Source of the DNA: an uncultured Armatimonadia bacterium
GTDB lineage: Bacteria > Armatimonadota > Zipacnadia > Zipacnadales > UBA5352
Reading direction: 5' to 3'
NCBI GenBank assembly: GCA_964484945.1
Contig: CAZAHB010000003.1
Location: 600 to 64,599 of the forward strand
Length of the DNA stretch: 64,000 nt
Below are positions 38,918-48,124 of the stretch, in pieces; the first letter of the stretch is position 1, and each line of letters begins with the position of its first letter. A program made the position numbers and the translations under genes. Below the pieces are notes generated by a model that worked only from the letters and a program-made list of their open reading frames with translations, did not search any database and had not been told where the DNA came from.

Positions 38918-40588
38918 ATGGACTTGAACATCCGCATCGCTGGGGAGGCCGGGCAGGGCATTAAGACCACCGGCCACCTGCTGGTCGATGCCTTCGCCTC
39001 CATGGGGCTGTGGGTCTTCTCGACCCAGAGCTACATGTCCCGCATCCGAGGCGGCCTCAACTGGCAGGATGTACGTATCGCCGACCACCGAATCACCTCA
39101 AGCCGCGAGGACGCAGATCTGCTTGTCGCGCTCACCGAGGACGCGCTCAACACGCTTTCCGTGGAGGTCACCGAGGGCGGCGTGGTCCTCTACGACGGCG
39201 AGGACGCCGAGGGCGACGCCATCGGCATTCCGTTCACGGACACCGCGGAAGAGGCCGGAAACGCGATCATGGCCAACTCGGTCGCCGGTGGCGCGGTCTT
39301 CGAGGTGCTCGGGTATGACACGGGCGTCCTCGATGACTACCTGCGCCATGCCTTCGAGGACAAGGGCCAGAACGTCGTTGACGCCAACATCGGGCTTGTG
39401 CAGGAGGGCGCTGAACTCGCGTCCGAATACGCAAACTCGCTCGACGCGCCGGAGCCGTCCGATGCGCCGCCACAGGTTTACGACGGCACCGAGGGCACGG
39501 CCATCGGCGCCGCCACGGCGGGCGTGAAGTTCTGCTGCGCCTATCCGATGACACCCTCGACGGGCGTGTTTACCTGGCTGGCGCAGCATGACGAGGAATA
39601 CGGGATCGTCATCGAGCAGGCCGAGGACGAGCTTGCGGCCATCAACATGATGTGCGGCGCGACCTACGCGGGCGTTCCGTCGCTGGTTACGACCTCCGGC
39701 GGCGGCCTGGCGCTTATGAGCGAGGGGCTGTCGCTGGCGGGAATGCACGAGCTTCCCGCGGTCATCATGCTCTCACAGCGCCCCGGGCCGGCCACCGGCC
39801 TGCCGACGCGCACCGCGCAGGGCGACCTGCTGTTCGCGCAGCGCACCGCCCACGGTGAGTTCCCCCGCGCGATCTTCGCGCCCGGCACCCCGGGGCAGTC
39901 CTGCGAGCTTATGCGCCGGTCGCTGGAGACCGCACACAAGTTCCAGACACCGGTCATCTTCATGACCGACCAGTACCTTACCGACCTGCGCATGAACAGC
40001 GAGCAAATGGACGAGACCGAGCTGCCGATCGACCGCCACATCGTCGAGGACCCCGGCGAGGGCTACCGCCGATTCGAGATCACCGAGAGCGGCATCTCGC
40101 CCCGCGCGATCCCCGGCGGCGACGCCTTCGTCTGCCTCGACTCGGATGAGCATGACGAGGAGGGGCATATCACCGAGAACCTCGAAATCGGCCAGGCCAT
40201 GATGGACAAGCGCATGCGCAAGGAAGAGGGCATGATCGCCGAGGCACTGCCGCCCGAACTCTACGGCGACGATGAGGGCGCCGACACGCTCCTGCTGTGC
40301 TGGGGCTCGACGTACCTGCCCTGCCGCGAAGCCGTGGATATCCTCCGCTACCGCGGGCATAATGTCGCGATGCTGCACTTCGCGCAACTCTGGCCGCTGG
40401 ACCGTGAGGAGGTCTGCGCGCGCATCGGCGACCGGGAGCGCGTCATCTGCGTCGAGGGTAACGCGTGGGGGCAGCTTGGCTCACTGCTGCGCGAGCGGCA
40501 GATCATCGGTGACACGGAGATGATCACGCGCTACGACGGACTGCCGCTTACTGCTGAAGAGATCGCCGCACAGGTGGAGGGGCTTTAG
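38918..40588 (+). CDS. korA: 2-oxoacid:ferredoxin oxidoreductase, fused gamma-alpha subunit
   Basis: N-terminal LNIRIAGEAGQGIKTTGHLL (POR gamma domain) followed by the alpha-subunit core (FCCAYPMTPSTG…). Confidence 0.8.
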   Translation: MDLNIRIAGEAGQGIKTTGHLLVDAFASMGLWVFSTQSYMSRIRGGLNWQDVRIADHRITSSREDADLLVALTEDALNTLSVEVTEGGVVLYDGEDAEGDAIGIPFTDTAEEAGNAIMANSVAGGAVFEVLGYDTGVLDDYLRHAFEDKGQNVVDANIGLVQEGAELASEYANSLDAPEPSDAPPQVYDGTEGTAIGAATAGVKFCCAYPMTPSTGVFTWLAQHDEEYGIVIEQAEDELAAINMMCGATYAGVPSLVTTSGGGLALMSEGLSLAGMHELPAVIMLSQRPGPATGLPTRTAQGDLLFAQRTAHGEFPRAIFAPGTPGQSCELMRRSLETAHKFQTPVIFMTDQYLTDLRMNSEQMDETELPIDRHIVEDPGEGYRRFEITESGISPRAIPGGDAFVCLDSDEHDEEGHITENLEIGQAMMDKRMRKEEGMIAEALPPELYGDDEGADTLLLCWGSTYLPCREAVDILRYRGHNVAMLHFAQLWPLDREEVCARIGDRERVICVEGNAWGQLGSLLRERQIIGDTEMITRYDGLPLTAEEIAAQVEGL

Positions 40589-40672
40589 GATGCCGGCGAT
40601 GCTCATACGGTGGTCCGCCAGGAATCGACAGGCAGGTAGTTCGTCCATCATCGAAAAGGTGGAGGGGTAAGA

Positions 40673-41485
40673 ATGCGCAAACTCAATCCAGATTCACCGG
40701 CGTGGTGTCCCGGCTGCGGCAACTACGCGATTCTGCCGACCCTCGATGAGGCAATCGAGGAGGCAGGCGTTGATCGACACAAGCTGGTGCTCGTGTCTGG
40801 CATCGGCCAGGCCGCAAAACTGCCGCATTACACCCAGGCGAACGTCTTCAACGGACTGCACGGCCGCGCGCTGCCGCCGGCCACGGGCATGAAGCTCGCG
40901 AACCACGAACTTGAGGTGGTCGTCACCTCCGGCGATGGCGACATGTATGGCGAGGGCGGCAATCACTTCGTACACGCGATCCGTCGGAACATCGGCGTGA
41001 AGTGCTTCGTGCACAACAACCAGGTCTACGGCCTGACGAAAGGCCAGGCATCCCCGACGTCCGAATGCGGAATGGAGACGCCCATCCAGACGCACGGTGT
41101 CATGCTGAAGCCCTTCAACCCGCTGGCCATCGCGATCGTGGAAGGCGCCTCGCTGGTCATGCGCTCCTTCGCGAACAACCGCGATCACCTGCAGGAGATG
41201 ATGGTGACCGCGTTGAACCACGATGAAGGCTTCGTGCTGCTGGATATATTGCAGCCCTGCCCGAGCTTCAACAAGCGCAACACCGCGAAGTGGTACCGCG
41301 AGCGCGTGGAGCCGATCGGCGACGATCATGACCCGACGGACATGCACGCGGCGCTGGACGTTGCGCAGACGTGGGGCGATGAGATCCCGATCGGCGTCAT
41401 CTACCGCAACCCGGACCGCCCGAAGCTCGAGGACCTGCAGCCGGCGCTGGAAAGCGGGCCGCTGGTGGAGCAGTACGGCGGCTGA
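40673..41485 (+). CDS. korB: 2-oxoacid:ferredoxin oxidoreductase beta subunit (TPP-binding)
   Basis: WCPGCGNYAIL and TPP motif GDGDMYGEGGNH. Confidence 0.85.
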   Translation: MRKLNPDSPAWCPGCGNYAILPTLDEAIEEAGVDRHKLVLVSGIGQAAKLPHYTQANVFNGLHGRALPPATGMKLANHELEVVVTSGDGDMYGEGGNHFVHAIRRNIGVKCFVHNNQVYGLTKGQASPTSECGMETPIQTHGVMLKPFNPLAIAIVEGASLVMRSFANNRDHLQEMMVTALNHDEGFVLLDILQPCPSFNKRNTAKWYRERVEPIGDDHDPTDMHAALDVAQTWGDEIPIGVIYRNPDRPKLEDLQPALESGPLVEQYGG

Positions 41486-41569
41486 CGATATCACAGCGAA
41501 CTTGAGATCCGGAGTCCAGGCGCCCTCGCCGGGACGTCGTCTCTTGTGTCAAACAACAGGAGGGCAACA

Positions 41570-42235
41570 ATGAACCGCATCCTACTACTCAGACATGGAG
41601 AAGCCGAGCATAGCGAGAAGGGCCTCACGGGAGGCTGGACCGAATCGCACCTGACCACACTGGGCGAGAAGCAGGCCCACGTGCTTGGCCAGCACCTGGC
41701 GGAGATGCTGGAGGATGAGGAGTTCGGCTTCTACTCATCGAACCTCGCGCGCGCAAGCGAGACCGCGCGGATCATCTGCGGCGGCCTCCCGGTCGAGCCG
41801 ACCTTCGACGGGGATCTGCGCGAGTTCAACAACGGACAGGCCGCGAACATGACCGTGGAGGAGGCGGAGGAGATCCAGAACCCGCCGACCCAGCCGCTCG
41901 TGGACTACGTGCCCTATCCCGGCGCCGAGAACTGGCGGCAGATGAACGAGCGTGTCTCCGGCTGCATGGACCGGATGAGCGAGGAGTGCCCGGAGACCGC
42001 GGTCATCATAACGCACACGCTCTCGGCCACTGCGGTGGTACACTGGTGGCTCGAGCTGGGCCCGGACGAGTGGGGCACGATCTCTTACGACTTCGCGCCG
42101 GCATCGATCACACTGCTGACGATCAACCGCTTTGGCCAGCGCACGATCTCGCGGCTGAATGACACCCGACACCTCGCGGCCGCCGACTGCGAAAGCGACG
42201 CGGAGGCATTGCCCGGCGTCTCCGGAAGTGAGTGA
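41570..42235 (+). CDS. Histidine phosphatase (phosphoglycerate-mutase-like) family protein
   Basis: RILLLRHGEAE (RHG catalytic motif). AGGAGGG RBS before the ATG at 41570. Confidence 0.7.
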   Translation: MNRILLLRHGEAEHSEKGLTGGWTESHLTTLGEKQAHVLGQHLAEMLEDEEFGFYSSNLARASETARIICGGLPVEPTFDGDLREFNNGQAANMTVEEAEEIQNPPTQPLVDYVPYPGAENWRQMNERVSGCMDRMSEECPETAVIITHTLSATAVVHWWLELGPDEWGTISYDFAPASITLLTINRFGQRTISRLNDTRHLAAADCESDAEALPGVSGSE

Positions 42236-42239
42236 CCTG

Positions 42240-43397
42240 ATGCGACAGATCGAATCCGGCCTGCGAGCGACGCGCCCGGTCGCGCGACTGACTGAAAGTG
42301 ACCGCCGGTGCGTGCACTCCTACAACACCATGCCGCCGCTGTCGAATGACGGCCGGCGGCTTCTCTACTTCCGTTACAACGGCCCGGATGCCGACCGGAG
42401 CATCGAGACCCTCCGGGGACATGTGATGGTCGCAGAGAGCGACGGCGCCAACCCGCGGGAGGTATTCGCCTGTACCGCTGGGAGCCCATCATCCGGCTGC
42501 ATGCAGCAGTGGGTCGGCGATACGCACCTGGCGGCATTCACGCACCGCCCGGACTACGGCGCGCACAATACCCGGTGGGTCGTCATTGACACGGACACAG
42601 GCGACTTCGAGGAGTGTCCGGGGCACCTGCGCTCGGTATCCGCGGATGGCGAACACGCGCTGCTGCAGACCGGCGAGCGCATTCACGCCGAGGCCGAGGA
42701 CCGGGGCGAGATGCTGGCGCCCTGCGATGTCGCGATGCGTGAAGTGACGTTGCGCGGGGACGATGAGGTCAACCGTGTCACCGTGGCAGACGTCATCGCC
42801 GAACACCCCGACGGCGATCTGCTGACCGACGAGCATCTGTGCATCAAGCAGCCCCAGTTCTCACCGGACGGCGAACACATCAGCTTCGTGATCTCCAACT
42901 CGTTCTACCTTCGCATGAAAGGCAGACCGCGCAGCGAGCGCCGACACGAGTTGATCTTGGCGGACCGGGATGGCAGCAACCTGCGCCCCCAGGGTGCGTT
43001 TGGCTCGCACCCCTCCTGGCTGCCCGACAGCAGCGGCGTGGTGACTGTCATGGGCGACACCGAGGGGATCGCGCGGCTGTGGCTGTTCCCGGTGGACGGC
43101 TCCGGGCGGCGCCTGTTCGACGAGGACCTCGTCGCGGCGGGTCACCCGAGCGTGCAACCGGGCGAGATGCGCTACATCGCCATCGACTACTACGACCGCG
43201 ACCGGGGTGTGGCGAGCCTGGGGCTCTACGACACCCACGACAGCAGCACCGAGATCGTCGTGGAGGGGGAGTACGAGGACTTCAGCAACGAGGGTGGTAC
43301 GCACCTGCATCCGGCGTGGAGCCCTGACGGGAGTGCCGTCTTCTTCAACTCGGCGAACTCCGGCCCGGCTCAGTTGTATCGCGCGGATGTGGCGTAA
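42240..43397 (+). CDS. TolB-like/PD40 beta-propeller repeat protein
   Basis: Repeated FSPDGEHISF, HPSWLPDSSGV and HPAWSPDGSAVFF blades. Confidence 0.55.
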   Translation: MRQIESGLRATRPVARLTESDRRCVHSYNTMPPLSNDGRRLLYFRYNGPDADRSIETLRGHVMVAESDGANPREVFACTAGSPSSGCMQQWVGDTHLAAFTHRPDYGAHNTRWVVIDTDTGDFEECPGHLRSVSADGEHALLQTGERIHAEAEDRGEMLAPCDVAMREVTLRGDDEVNRVTVADVIAEHPDGDLLTDEHLCIKQPQFSPDGEHISFVISNSFYLRMKGRPRSERRHELILADRDGSNLRPQGAFGSHPSWLPDSSGVVTVMGDTEGIARLWLFPVDGSGRRLFDEDLVAAGHPSVQPGEMRYIAIDYYDRDRGVASLGLYDTHDSSTEIVVEGEYEDFSNEGGTHLHPAWSPDGSAVFFNSANSGPAQLYRADVA

Positions 43398-43449
43398 GTG
43401 GCAAGTGGCAAGTGGCAAGTAAAAGGCAACGACGAGACGACGCCGTTGC
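43397..43449. repeat. (GTGGCAA)3 tandem repeat followed by a GGCAACG…CGTTGCC hairpin
   Basis: gtggcaagtggcaagtggcaagtaaaaggcaacgacgagacgacgccgttgcc lies right after the stop of the TolB-like gene. Confidence 0.55.
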
Positions 43450-43494
43450 CGTGATGCCTGAAATGCGTCCACTTTCTGTGTACATACTGTAGTA

Positions 43495-43887
43495 ATGCCC
43501 CACGTATTCACCAGCCTCGGACGCAAATGGCTGATTCTGTTTGCATCTTCCCTTCGGTGGATGTATCATATGAACAGGCTTCGGCCCAGATCGATGGCAT
43601 GCATTGGGGGTGTCGAGTTGAGCAACGAACTTGCCCCAGAAGTGCACGATGCGCTTGCGTCCTTTGTATTCCACGCGAACGTCACCGTGCTGCATCACAA
43701 CGACGAAGACCGGTTAAACGAGTTCGTTCTCGCCAGCCATCTCTCAGATAGCCGAGTGAGTGACACCTTCTTGTGCAACAAGTTACGGGAAGCTGGATTC
43801 GCGGACGACTACGCCACTCAACTCGTCAGCTACTACGACATAGCTCTCCGCCTGCTCGCTCGCTACGACACGAGACGTGAGCAGTAG
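43495..43887 (+). CDS. Hypothetical protein in a lower-GC region
   Basis: 130-aa ORF. Local GC is visibly lower than the window average and there is no family match. Confidence 0.35.
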   Translation: MPHVFTSLGRKWLILFASSLRWMYHMNRLRPRSMACIGGVELSNELAPEVHDALASFVFHANVTVLHHNDEDRLNEFVLASHLSDSRVSDTFLCNKLREAGFADDYATQLVSYYDIALRLLARYDTRREQ

Positions 43888-43967
43888 CTTGGCCCGGCGC
43901 CCCTCAGATGACACAAACGGCGGCTCCAAGTTGTTCGCAGCGAGGGCGACCGTAGGGTCCGAGAGGA

Positions 43968-45290
43968 GTGCGCACAGTGAGACACTGCGTGCCCGTTCTA
44001 TTGGCCTTCGTCCTTTGTGCATCTGGATGCTATCGAGTCCCTGAAGGCATGACCCTGCACAAGGCTGTGCAGAAAGGTGATTTGCGTGCAGTGCGAGCGC
44101 TGGTCAACCAAGGTGCGGACTTGAACGCCCTGGATGCAGAATCTGGCTTCACGCCACTCCATATCTCCGTCCTCAAGTCGCGATCTGAGATTGCGAACTT
44201 CCTTCTTGATGAAGGAGCGAAGATAGACACTCCTGATGTCCCCGATGGAATGAGTGCCCTTCACTGGGCGGCATTCGAAGGCGATTCTTCCATGGTGCGC
44301 CTCCTTGCCGAGCGCGGCGCAGACCTTCAGGGGCGGGACAGAGCAGACGGAGCGACGGCCCTGCACCATGCCGCGTCAGGTGGGCACCCCTCGGTTGTAC
44401 GGTTGCTGGTCGAGATTGGAGCTGATGTGAACGCGGCTGACGAAACGCTCGGGTGGACGCCCTTGCATGTGGCTGCCAGCCATGGGAATGTGGATACAGC
44501 GTCGGTGCTGCTGGCACTGGGCGCAGAGGTAAACGCTGTAGACCACGTGAGAGGTGCCACACCACTACACTGGGCGGCACACCGGGGTGATCCTGCGATG
44601 TCTGAGTTCCTGATTGCCAACGGTGCTGGTGTGGACCTCAGGACCAGCCCGAAAGGACGAACTCCCCTGCACTGGGCGGCATTTGAGGGCAATCAGGTGA
44701 TTGCTGCGCTGCTCCTCAAGCATGGGGCTGACGTTAACGCGGCGGACGTCTACAATGGTACGTCCCTGTACCTGGCCGAGAGCGTATCGAGAAGTGAGGA
44801 GACGGCGAGAGTGCTGGCGGAGCACGGCGGAATCGTGCAGGCGATCCGGATAGTCACAGCCTCAGAGAATGCCGCCGTTGGTCTAACAGCAGATGAGCTC
44901 TTCACTAAAGGGAGGGCACTATACGGTGAGCGGAAGTACGCAAGGGCCGCTGACTGGTTTGAGGCTGCGGCTGCGGAGGGGCGTGGCGACGGCACCCGCT
45001 GGGCGGCTGCATGCCACAGGCGCATTGACGAGCGCAGAGTGGCGGAGCGCCGGCGGCAGCGGGACCGGACGGGTACAGCGGCGGCTCAGAGTGGACGAGA
45101 TCAACGCGACGTCGCCACACGACTCCGCGACCGAGGTTTTCTTGCTCAGGCAGAGTGGTGGGAGAGAGACAACAGAATCCAAGAGATGGGTTTGCCGTCA
45201 GCTGAAGAGGATCTGCTTCTCGATCTGAGCCAGACTCAGTATGAACTCGATCAGTTGAGCGAGGAACTCGAAAGACAGCCTCGATGGTGA
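43968..45290 (+). CDS. Ankyrin-repeat lipoprotein
   Basis: Lipobox LCASGC after the signal peptide. At least 7 ANK repeats (G-TPLH-AA--GH---V--LL--GAD-N). Basic/coiled C-terminal tail. Confidence 0.75.
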   Translation: MRTVRHCVPVLLAFVLCASGCYRVPEGMTLHKAVQKGDLRAVRALVNQGADLNALDAESGFTPLHISVLKSRSEIANFLLDEGAKIDTPDVPDGMSALHWAAFEGDSSMVRLLAERGADLQGRDRADGATALHHAASGGHPSVVRLLVEIGADVNAADETLGWTPLHVAASHGNVDTASVLLALGAEVNAVDHVRGATPLHWAAHRGDPAMSEFLIANGAGVDLRTSPKGRTPLHWAAFEGNQVIAALLLKHGADVNAADVYNGTSLYLAESVSRSEETARVLAEHGGIVQAIRIVTASENAAVGLTADELFTKGRALYGERKYARAADWFEAAAAEGRGDGTRWAAACHRRIDERRVAERRRQRDRTGTAAAQSGRDQRDVATRLRDRGFLAQAEWWERDNRIQEMGLPSAEEDLLLDLSQTQYELDQLSEELERQPRW

Positions 45291-45404
45291 CCTGCGAAGC
45301 ATTTCGTTTACTTTGCCCCAACCGAACATTATCACTTTGCTCCTACCCCGAAAAAAACGGGAGGTTGACGGCCCATCGGCGTCGTGATATACTCAATGTC
45401 GCGT

Positions 45405-45481
45405 CGGGGCGTGGCTCAGTTTGGCAGAGCGTCCGGTTCGGGGCCGGAAGGTCGCCGGTTCAAATCCGGCCGCCCCGACCA
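45405..45481 (+). tRNA. tRNA-Pro, anticodon CGG, CCA encoded
   Basis: Cloverleaf folded by hand: acceptor CGGGGCG/CGCCCCG, D-arm GCTC…GAGC, anticodon stem TCCGG/CCGGA with loop TTCGGGG, T-arm GCCGG-TTCAAAT-CCGGC, discriminator A. Confidence 0.85.
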
Positions 45482-45491
45482 GCAATCATTC

Positions 45492-45525
45492 CGACCCCGG
45501 TCTCATTGAGGCCGGGGTTTCAATG
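45492..45525 (+). terminator. Rho-independent terminator after the tRNA
   Basis: ccccggtctc-att-gaggccgggg followed by TTTC. Confidence 0.6.
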
Positions 45526-45644
45526 TAGCCCATGATGGCGGTCTGTCCATCAGTGGAATCACTGACTGGACGGCCGCTTTCTTCATGTACGGGCAGGAGC
45601 TACAGCGCATTCGGCGAACCGGTGTGCAGCGAACAGGAGGAGCG

Positions 45645-46781
45645 ATGATGAGCGAAGTCACCGAATTGCTCGGAGCAATGGTACGCCTGCCCAGCGTGAA
45701 TCCGTGCGGAGCTGCACCCGAAGGTCCGCACGAGGGCGAGGAACGCATGACCCGGTTCGTCCACGACTGGCTGGCCGATCGCGGAATCGAGTGCAGTCTG
45801 CAGCAGGTCGAGCCGGGGCGGGAAAACGTTATCGCGCGCGTCGAGGGCTGTGAGGAGCCGCCCATCGTCTTCGAATCGCACATGGACACGGTCGGCGTTG
45901 ACGGAATGACCATCCCGGCCTTTGAGCCCCGCATTGAGAACGGGCGCATGTTCGGCCGCGGTTCATGTGACACCAAGTCATCACTGGCGGGCATGATGAC
46001 CGCGCTGGCGCGAGTGGCCAAGGGTGAGCCGCCTCCGCGTACGGTCGTCCTGGCGGCAGTGGTGGACGAGGAGTATCTCCATGGCGGTGCGGCGCGCCTG
46101 CTGAAGGACAGCGGCCCGATCGCCTCGGCGGTAATCGGCGAGCCGACGCGATTGCGCGTTGTTGTCGCGCACAAGGGCGCACTGCGAACGCGGATAATTA
46201 CGCGCGGCAAGAGCGCGCATAGTTCCAATCCCGACAGGGGCGTCAACGCGATCTATCCGATGGCGCGCGTGATCGAGGCGCTGGAGGACTTCGCGGATCA
46301 GTTGCGCGAGCGCCGGCCGCATCCGCTGGTCGGGCGCCCGACGCTTTCGGTCGGCACCGTGCAGGGCGGGATCGCGGTGAACGTGGTACCGGACCAGTGC
46401 CGCCTGATGGTGGACCGGCGGCTGATCCCCGGCGAGACGCCCGATGATGCGCTGGACGAGATCCGCGACGTAGTTGGCGAACTGCTTGGGCCTGACGACG
46501 AACTTATGCCAACCCTGAAGGACTGTCCCGTGGAGACTGAAGTTGACTCGGAGGTCGTGCGGCTTGCGCGGGAGGCGGTGCGGGCCATCGGCGGTGAGGA
46601 CGAACCCGAGGGCGTGGCATATTGCACGGACGGGTGCGACTTCGCGGAGCGGGATATCCCGCTGGTCGTGCTCGGACCGGGCAACATCGAACAGGCGCAC
46701 ACCGCCGATGAGTGGGTGGAACTCGAGCAGGTCGAGAGGGCCGCGGAGATCTACGAACGGATAATGCGCGGGGACGAGTGA
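45645..46781 (+). CDS. M20-family metallopeptidase (ArgE/DapE-type acetylornithine deacetylase/succinyl-DAP desuccinylase)
   Basis: FESHMDTV, GRGSCDTK and AAVVDEE metal-binding motifs. Start chosen at MMSEV with AGGAGGA upstream. Confidence 0.8.
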   Translation: MMSEVTELLGAMVRLPSVNPCGAAPEGPHEGEERMTRFVHDWLADRGIECSLQQVEPGRENVIARVEGCEEPPIVFESHMDTVGVDGMTIPAFEPRIENGRMFGRGSCDTKSSLAGMMTALARVAKGEPPPRTVVLAAVVDEEYLHGGAARLLKDSGPIASAVIGEPTRLRVVVAHKGALRTRIITRGKSAHSSNPDRGVNAIYPMARVIEALEDFADQLRERRPHPLVGRPTLSVGTVQGGIAVNVVPDQCRLMVDRRLIPGETPDDALDEIRDVVGELLGPDDELMPTLKDCPVETEVDSEVVRLAREAVRAIGGEDEPEGVAYCTDGCDFAERDIPLVVLGPGNIEQAHTADEWVELEQVERAAEIYERIMRGDE

Positions 46782-46868
46782 ACAGTGAACAGTGAAAAGG
46801 GGAGAGGGGAGAGGGGAGAGGGGAGAGGGGAGAGGGAACGGCAACGGCAACGGCAACGGCAACGGCGT
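46778..46868. repeat. Compound microsatellite: (GTGAACA)about 3, (GGGGAGA)5, (GGCAAC)5
   Basis: gtgaacagtgaacagtgaaaa-ggggagaggggagaggggagaggggagaggggagaggg-aacggcaacggcaacggcaacggcaacggcg sits between convergent genes and overlaps the stop codon of the peptidase gene. Confidence 0.8.
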
Positions 46869-46878
46869 GGGCTGATTG

Positions 46879-47763
46879 CTAGCGGAGTTCGTCCGGAAGT
46901 GGGGGAATGGGAGGGCGGTTCTCGGTCCCGATGATCCGACGCATGCGGCGCATGTTGGTCACGTCGTCTGCTTCCGCCCCGGGGGTCTCCATGATGAAGG
47001 GAAGATGCACCAGCCGTGGATGGTTCACGATCCGCGCCATGGCCTCGCGGCCGATCTCACCCCGTCCGATGTGCCAGTGTCGATCCCGCCCCGAGTCCAA
47101 TGGCACCTTCGAGTCATTCACATGCAGCAGCGCCAGACGATCCATCCCGAAGGTCGCGTCGATCTCCTCGAGCATCGCCTCAAGCCCCTCCTCGGTGTGC
47201 AGAGGGATGCCTGCGCCGAATGCGTGGGCGGTGTCCACGCAGCAGCGAACGCGCTCAGGGCAGTCCGCCTCGTCGATGATCGCCGCGAGGTGATCGAACC
47301 GGGACCCGACGATGTTCCCCTGGCCAGCGGAGTTCTCGAGGATAATCGCCGGTCCGTGCGGCACCGCCTCGCAGGCCTCCTCCACGGCCCGCGCCACCCG
47401 GGTGATGCCGTCGGTCGTCGCCCCCTCATCACCAACACTGCCGAGGTGCATGATGACACCGGCCGCCCGCAGGCGCTCTGCGGCAGCGAGTTCCTCGCAC
47501 AGGTCCGCCACCGATTTCTGGCGCAATTCGGCATCGGGTGACGAGACATTCAGCAGGTATTTGGCGTGGATGAAGTGCGGCGTGATATCGCGGTCGGCCA
47601 GACCGTCCGCGAAATCCGCGGCCTCATGGTCGGGGATAGGGCGCCGCGCCCACTGCACGGGCGCTCCGGTGAACATCTGCAGGGTGGTGCAGCGGCGGAC
47701 GACGGCCCGGCGGATGCAGCGCCCGAGGCCGCCGGCGATTGATACGTGGAAGCCGAGGCGCAC
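46879..47763 (-). CDS. nfo: Endonuclease IV (AP endonuclease, family 2)
   Basis: FHVSIAGG, ILENSAGQG, LHVNDSK and DRHWHIGRGEIG motifs. Start assigned to a GTG with GGAGGA 6 nt upstream. The longer in-frame N-terminal extension of the ORF was rejected. Confidence 0.85.
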   Translation of the reverse strand: MRLGFHVSIAGGLGRCIRRAVVRRCTTLQMFTGAPVQWARRPIPDHEAADFADGLADRDITPHFIHAKYLLNVSSPDAELRQKSVADLCEELAAAERLRAAGVIMHLGSVGDEGATTDGITRVARAVEEACEAVPHGPAIILENSAGQGNIVGSRFDHLAAIIDEADCPERVRCCVDTAHAFGAGIPLHTEEGLEAMLEEIDATFGMDRLALLHVNDSKVPLDSGRDRHWHIGRGEIGREAMARIVNHPRLVHLPFIMETPGAEADDVTNMRRMRRIIGTENRPPIPPLPDELR

Positions 47764-47765
47764 TG

Positions 47766-48020
47766 TCAGTCCTCCGAAGCCCTGTGGCGGCGCTTGCGAC
47801 TGCGGGCGAACGCCTCGTAGGTGAGCTTGCGCCACAGGAACCAGCCGAGCACGAACATCATGTAGACCGTCATGGCCCCGAGGATCGCGGCCGGCAGCCA
47901 CGCCCACCAGGGCCATCCAATACCGTGCAGATACAGGGCAATCAGGATCGCGCCGAGGAGCGAGCAGATGCTTCGTACTGTCGATCGGATCTTCTTCATA
48001 CAGCAGAATATTCGCGGCAC
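47766..48020 (-). CDS. Small hypothetical membrane protein (2 TM) directly upstream of nfo
   Basis: 84-aa ORF ending 2 nt before the nfo start, with two hydrophobic helices. Weak support. Confidence 0.35.
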   Translation of the reverse strand: MPRIFCCMKKIRSTVRSICSLLGAILIALYLHGIGWPWWAWLPAAILGAMTVYMMFVLGWFLWRKLTYEAFARSRKRRHRASED

Positions 48021-48124
48021 GCAGGATGAAGTCCTCTATCTTCCCGCGAGGCAGGAATTCTGCGCAGCAGCAATAAACTTCAGTGTGTATTGAGGCGCAA
48101 CACGAGGGAGCTTCCGATCTGCAT

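Noticed and set aside
43968-45290. Classical tRNA-integrated genomic island with an integrase at the ankyrin locus
   Set aside because: The insert lies 5' of the tRNA rather than at its 3' end, and no integrase or att-like direct repeat is present. It is kept only as a compositional islet finding.
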